The notes under the pieces: generated by a model | Databases searched by the model: none | What the model was told of the DNA's origin: nothing | The model's input: only the letters and a program-made list of their open reading frames with translations | Origin: Mobula hypostoma | Lineage: Eukaryota | Direction: 5' to 3' | DNA: 64,000 bases | Assembly: GCF_963921235.1 (NCBI RefSeq) | Contig: NC_086108.1 | Location: 26,350,001-26,414,000, forward strand | Part shown: positions 61,701 to 64,000 of the stretch, piece by piece | Layout of the letters: each line of letters begins with the position of its first letter | Position numbering within the stretch: position 1 is the stretch's first letter | Position numbers and translations under genes: made by a program

Positions 61701-62354
61701 TGGTCGACCAGTGATTCCATGCGCCGATCTACCTGTAGATACAACCATTTCTGTCTTGCGCGCCTGATTGCCTATGTTTGGCCGTATATTTTTGTGTATA
61801 TTGTTCCCAGAGGTCTTATTCACACTACCTCTTGCGTTATATTCGCGCAGGATGATAACTGCTCACAGATACTATGAACGTAACTTCTTTACCTATATGT
61901 TTGAGGGTATGTATACACAGTGATTTGTATCTGCTCTTGAGCGCGTGTCTCGGTTCATATAGGCTTCCTCTGTGTTGAGGTGACCCTCTTTGTGTGTGCA
62001 TAATACTCTCGCTGCTTGTGCGTGCCCGGAGGTGCTTTCGACAGTGTATGTTCGTATATATGTTAGAGGGTCTTGTACACAGGATAGTTTATACCCTTAA
62101 TTCCGTGGGTGAACCTATGCACAACGCCAGCAGTTTTGGAGTTTATGGTTTATCATGCCAATAAGCCTTCCGTTCACGCCTCCCTCCCCCCGCCCCATTA
62201 TTTCCCCAACGATTAATGCGTTTAGAAAGGGCGTTGACGTCTGTCTCCTCTCCCCCACCACCCCGGTGATGTTCCTGTTTTTAATTTCTGTTTTAATGGA
62301 ACAGGTCTTGAGGGAGTGCGAGGAGAATGAAGAGGAGGAGTCCCAGATGGAAGG

Positions 62355-62587
62355 ATGAACTGGCGGCTTGTTGATCTCGTCTCTTTGCTGTTCCTATGGG
62401 ACCGGCTGGCTCTTACTCTCCATTGCTGGGCTCTCTTGGTGCTTTCCTCTCATCACCAACACCAACATGTCACCAGCCCCCTCGACTGGCTCCTCTCGGA
62501 TAAGGGGCCCTTCCACCGGGCCCGGGATTATTCCAATTTCCTGGATAGATACCGGCAGGGATTTACTACCAGATACAAGATCTACAG
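62355..62587 (+). CDS. BRINP2: BRINP/FAM5 family protein, first coding exon (exon probably 62305-62587); BRINP2 by synteny with ASTN1, paralog identity uncertain
   Basis: PLDWLLSDKGPFHRARDYSNFLDRYRQGFTTRYKIYR is the BRINP family N-terminal signature; acceptor ACAG| at 62304 after a T-rich tract; phase-2 donor AG|GTAAGA at 62588; head-to-head with ASTN1 as in human. The family call is strong, the symbol less so. Confidence 0.85.
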
Positions 62588-62890
62588 GTAAGAGACAACA
62601 AGAGCTGCCCCGGGAAGTTAGCGAACAGTGTGGAATCGCTTTCTTTTTTAACTCCTTTCGCGAAATGTGTTCATTTATTTAAAATCAGCATACGGGTATT
62701 TAACGTGACTATTGTTCGTTTACTTTAATATTAAATAGTGTATGTTACTTTAACCGTCGGGTATGTGTTCCTTTAAGAGCCCGTGTGTCCGTGGGTGCTG
62801 GTGTTACCAGGTTGCAGCGCTGTGTGCTCACATCTCCCCCTGATGAAGAGATCGGGTTTTGCAGCCCCTAGTCTGCCGAAGAGATGCTGG

Positions 62891-62906
62891 TCTCTCTCTC
62901 TCTCCG

Positions 62907-62950
<44 letters not shown>
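62891..62950. repeat. (TC)n..(AC)n microsatellite
   Basis: Directly visible. Confidence 0.95.
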
Positions 62951-62951
<1 letters not shown>

Positions 62952-63631
62952 ACCTCAATTCCGCCCCCCACACTACAGCGCCGCAAGCTAGAGAATCTTT
63001 CCTGTATATAGAGTCTGTTGTCACTGAAATTGGAACGGGGCAGTTAGCCCAGATGGAACGACCGTGCTTAAAAAGCAGCTGAGAAGTATTAATTTAGAAT
63101 TGCAAAACACAAATGTCCACAGTCAACAACATACTTCACTTAATCAACATCAGCATCATTCTTTCTGCGAGAATGTCTTTTACACGGATAGTTCTGAGTG
63201 AACTAATTGTCTCCCGTTGCGGAAAACAGTCATGGGTGTGATGGAGATCACCCGAAAATCCGTAGATATATTAGAGTTACGAATCTGAACACAGTACCAA
63301 TGTTAAACTAAGTTTCACTCTGCCATTTTCCTGAGTTACACGCCGGTCTGTAAGTGCCACATATCCGCTGCGGATTGGGTTGGATTCCAGAATACTTCCC
63401 AGGTGACTCATTATCTTAAACCTTCCACCGTCTCATTCAAATTATAATTGGCCATGTTCCTCGTATCCACCAAATTCTACCCACGATATATCCAATCCCG
63501 CTTGTTAGAGAAAGTTACCTCGCACTCCCAAATATCGGGGTATGATGTAGACTAACTGCTGTTCAGCTACATTGCACACAATGGATTTATGACGATACGC
63601 ACTCATTCCACTTACCGCACTACATTTTTAT

Positions 63632-64000
63632 TTAACCCTTACATACTGTTCGGGTCAAATTTGACCCGTTTTGACATTTGCAGCAGTAAAAACACCATAA
63701 ATGCCATTTTTTTAGCCGAAGCTTGATGACTTTTCCTAAAGTGACCCAAAATGTACAAAAATGAAAATATTTTAAAATTTTATACTTTTGTACAGGTGCT
63801 ACAAATTTTTGTACATTGAGGCTGTTCTGGGTCAAATTTGACCCGTATCTATTAAAATGGATTTTACATCTCTGAAACGTTAATTAAGGATTAATCACCC
63901 ATTTATTAATATCAGATAGGCTATTTATACATTCTAAATAGATCTGTGGTTCAAGATTTGATATAGACACTTGTTATGAGGGGATACTTGGGCCGGGTCA
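63632..64000. mobile_element. Left end of a piggyBac-like (TTAA) non-autonomous DNA element, running off the window
   Basis: TTAA followed by CCCTT; repeated subterminal palindrome GGGTCAAATTTGACCC at 63652-63667 and 63829-63844, a third starting at ~63995. Confidence 0.6.

Noticed and set aside
59073..61877. Multiple ORFs in the inter-ATG CpG island
   Set aside because: No domain similarity; expected in GC-rich or purine-skewed sequence
63651..64000. Spaced palindromic repeats superficially like a CRISPR array
   Set aside because: Vertebrate DNA, spacers of ~150-160 bp, no cas genes; better explained as transposon subterminal repeats

Overview
Eukaryotic (vertebrate) genomic DNA, most likely a cartilaginous fish such as a ray. 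This is inferred from the repeat content: HE1/V-SINE-like SINEs, CR1/HER1-like LINEs, Rex1 and Penelope. Two host genes are visible, arranged head-to-head around a CpG-rich, transposon-free island (~56.1-63.6 kb). One is the first coding exon of astrotactin-1 (ASTN1, minus strand, 57622-57349). The other is the first coding exon of a BRINP/FAM5 gene (plus strand, 62355-62587); BRINP2 by position, but its sequence looks BRINP1/BRINP3-like. Bases 1 to ~57.3 kb appear to be ASTN1 intron 1 (no exon 2 recognised) and are filled with decayed, often nested mobile elements: many CR1 LINEs, Rex1/Babar LINEs, a Penelope-like element, an RT-less Gypsy element with both LTRs and TSD, a solo LTR, a 4.2-kb hAT/Charlie transposon, Tc1-derived and piggyBac-like DNA elements, and several SINEs. 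Most ORFs in the track are TE fragments or noise. Notable points: minimal hammerhead-ribozyme motifs in Penelope termini, a MITE family with hairpin (double-TIR) ends that carries a LINE tail, a tRNA-headed SINE with a BovB/RTE-like tail, uORFs overlapping the BRINP start codon, and mirror-image (UG)n(GA)n tracts around the bidirectional promoter. I found no convincing wholly new multi-gene system. TE boundaries without a TIR or TSD are approximate.
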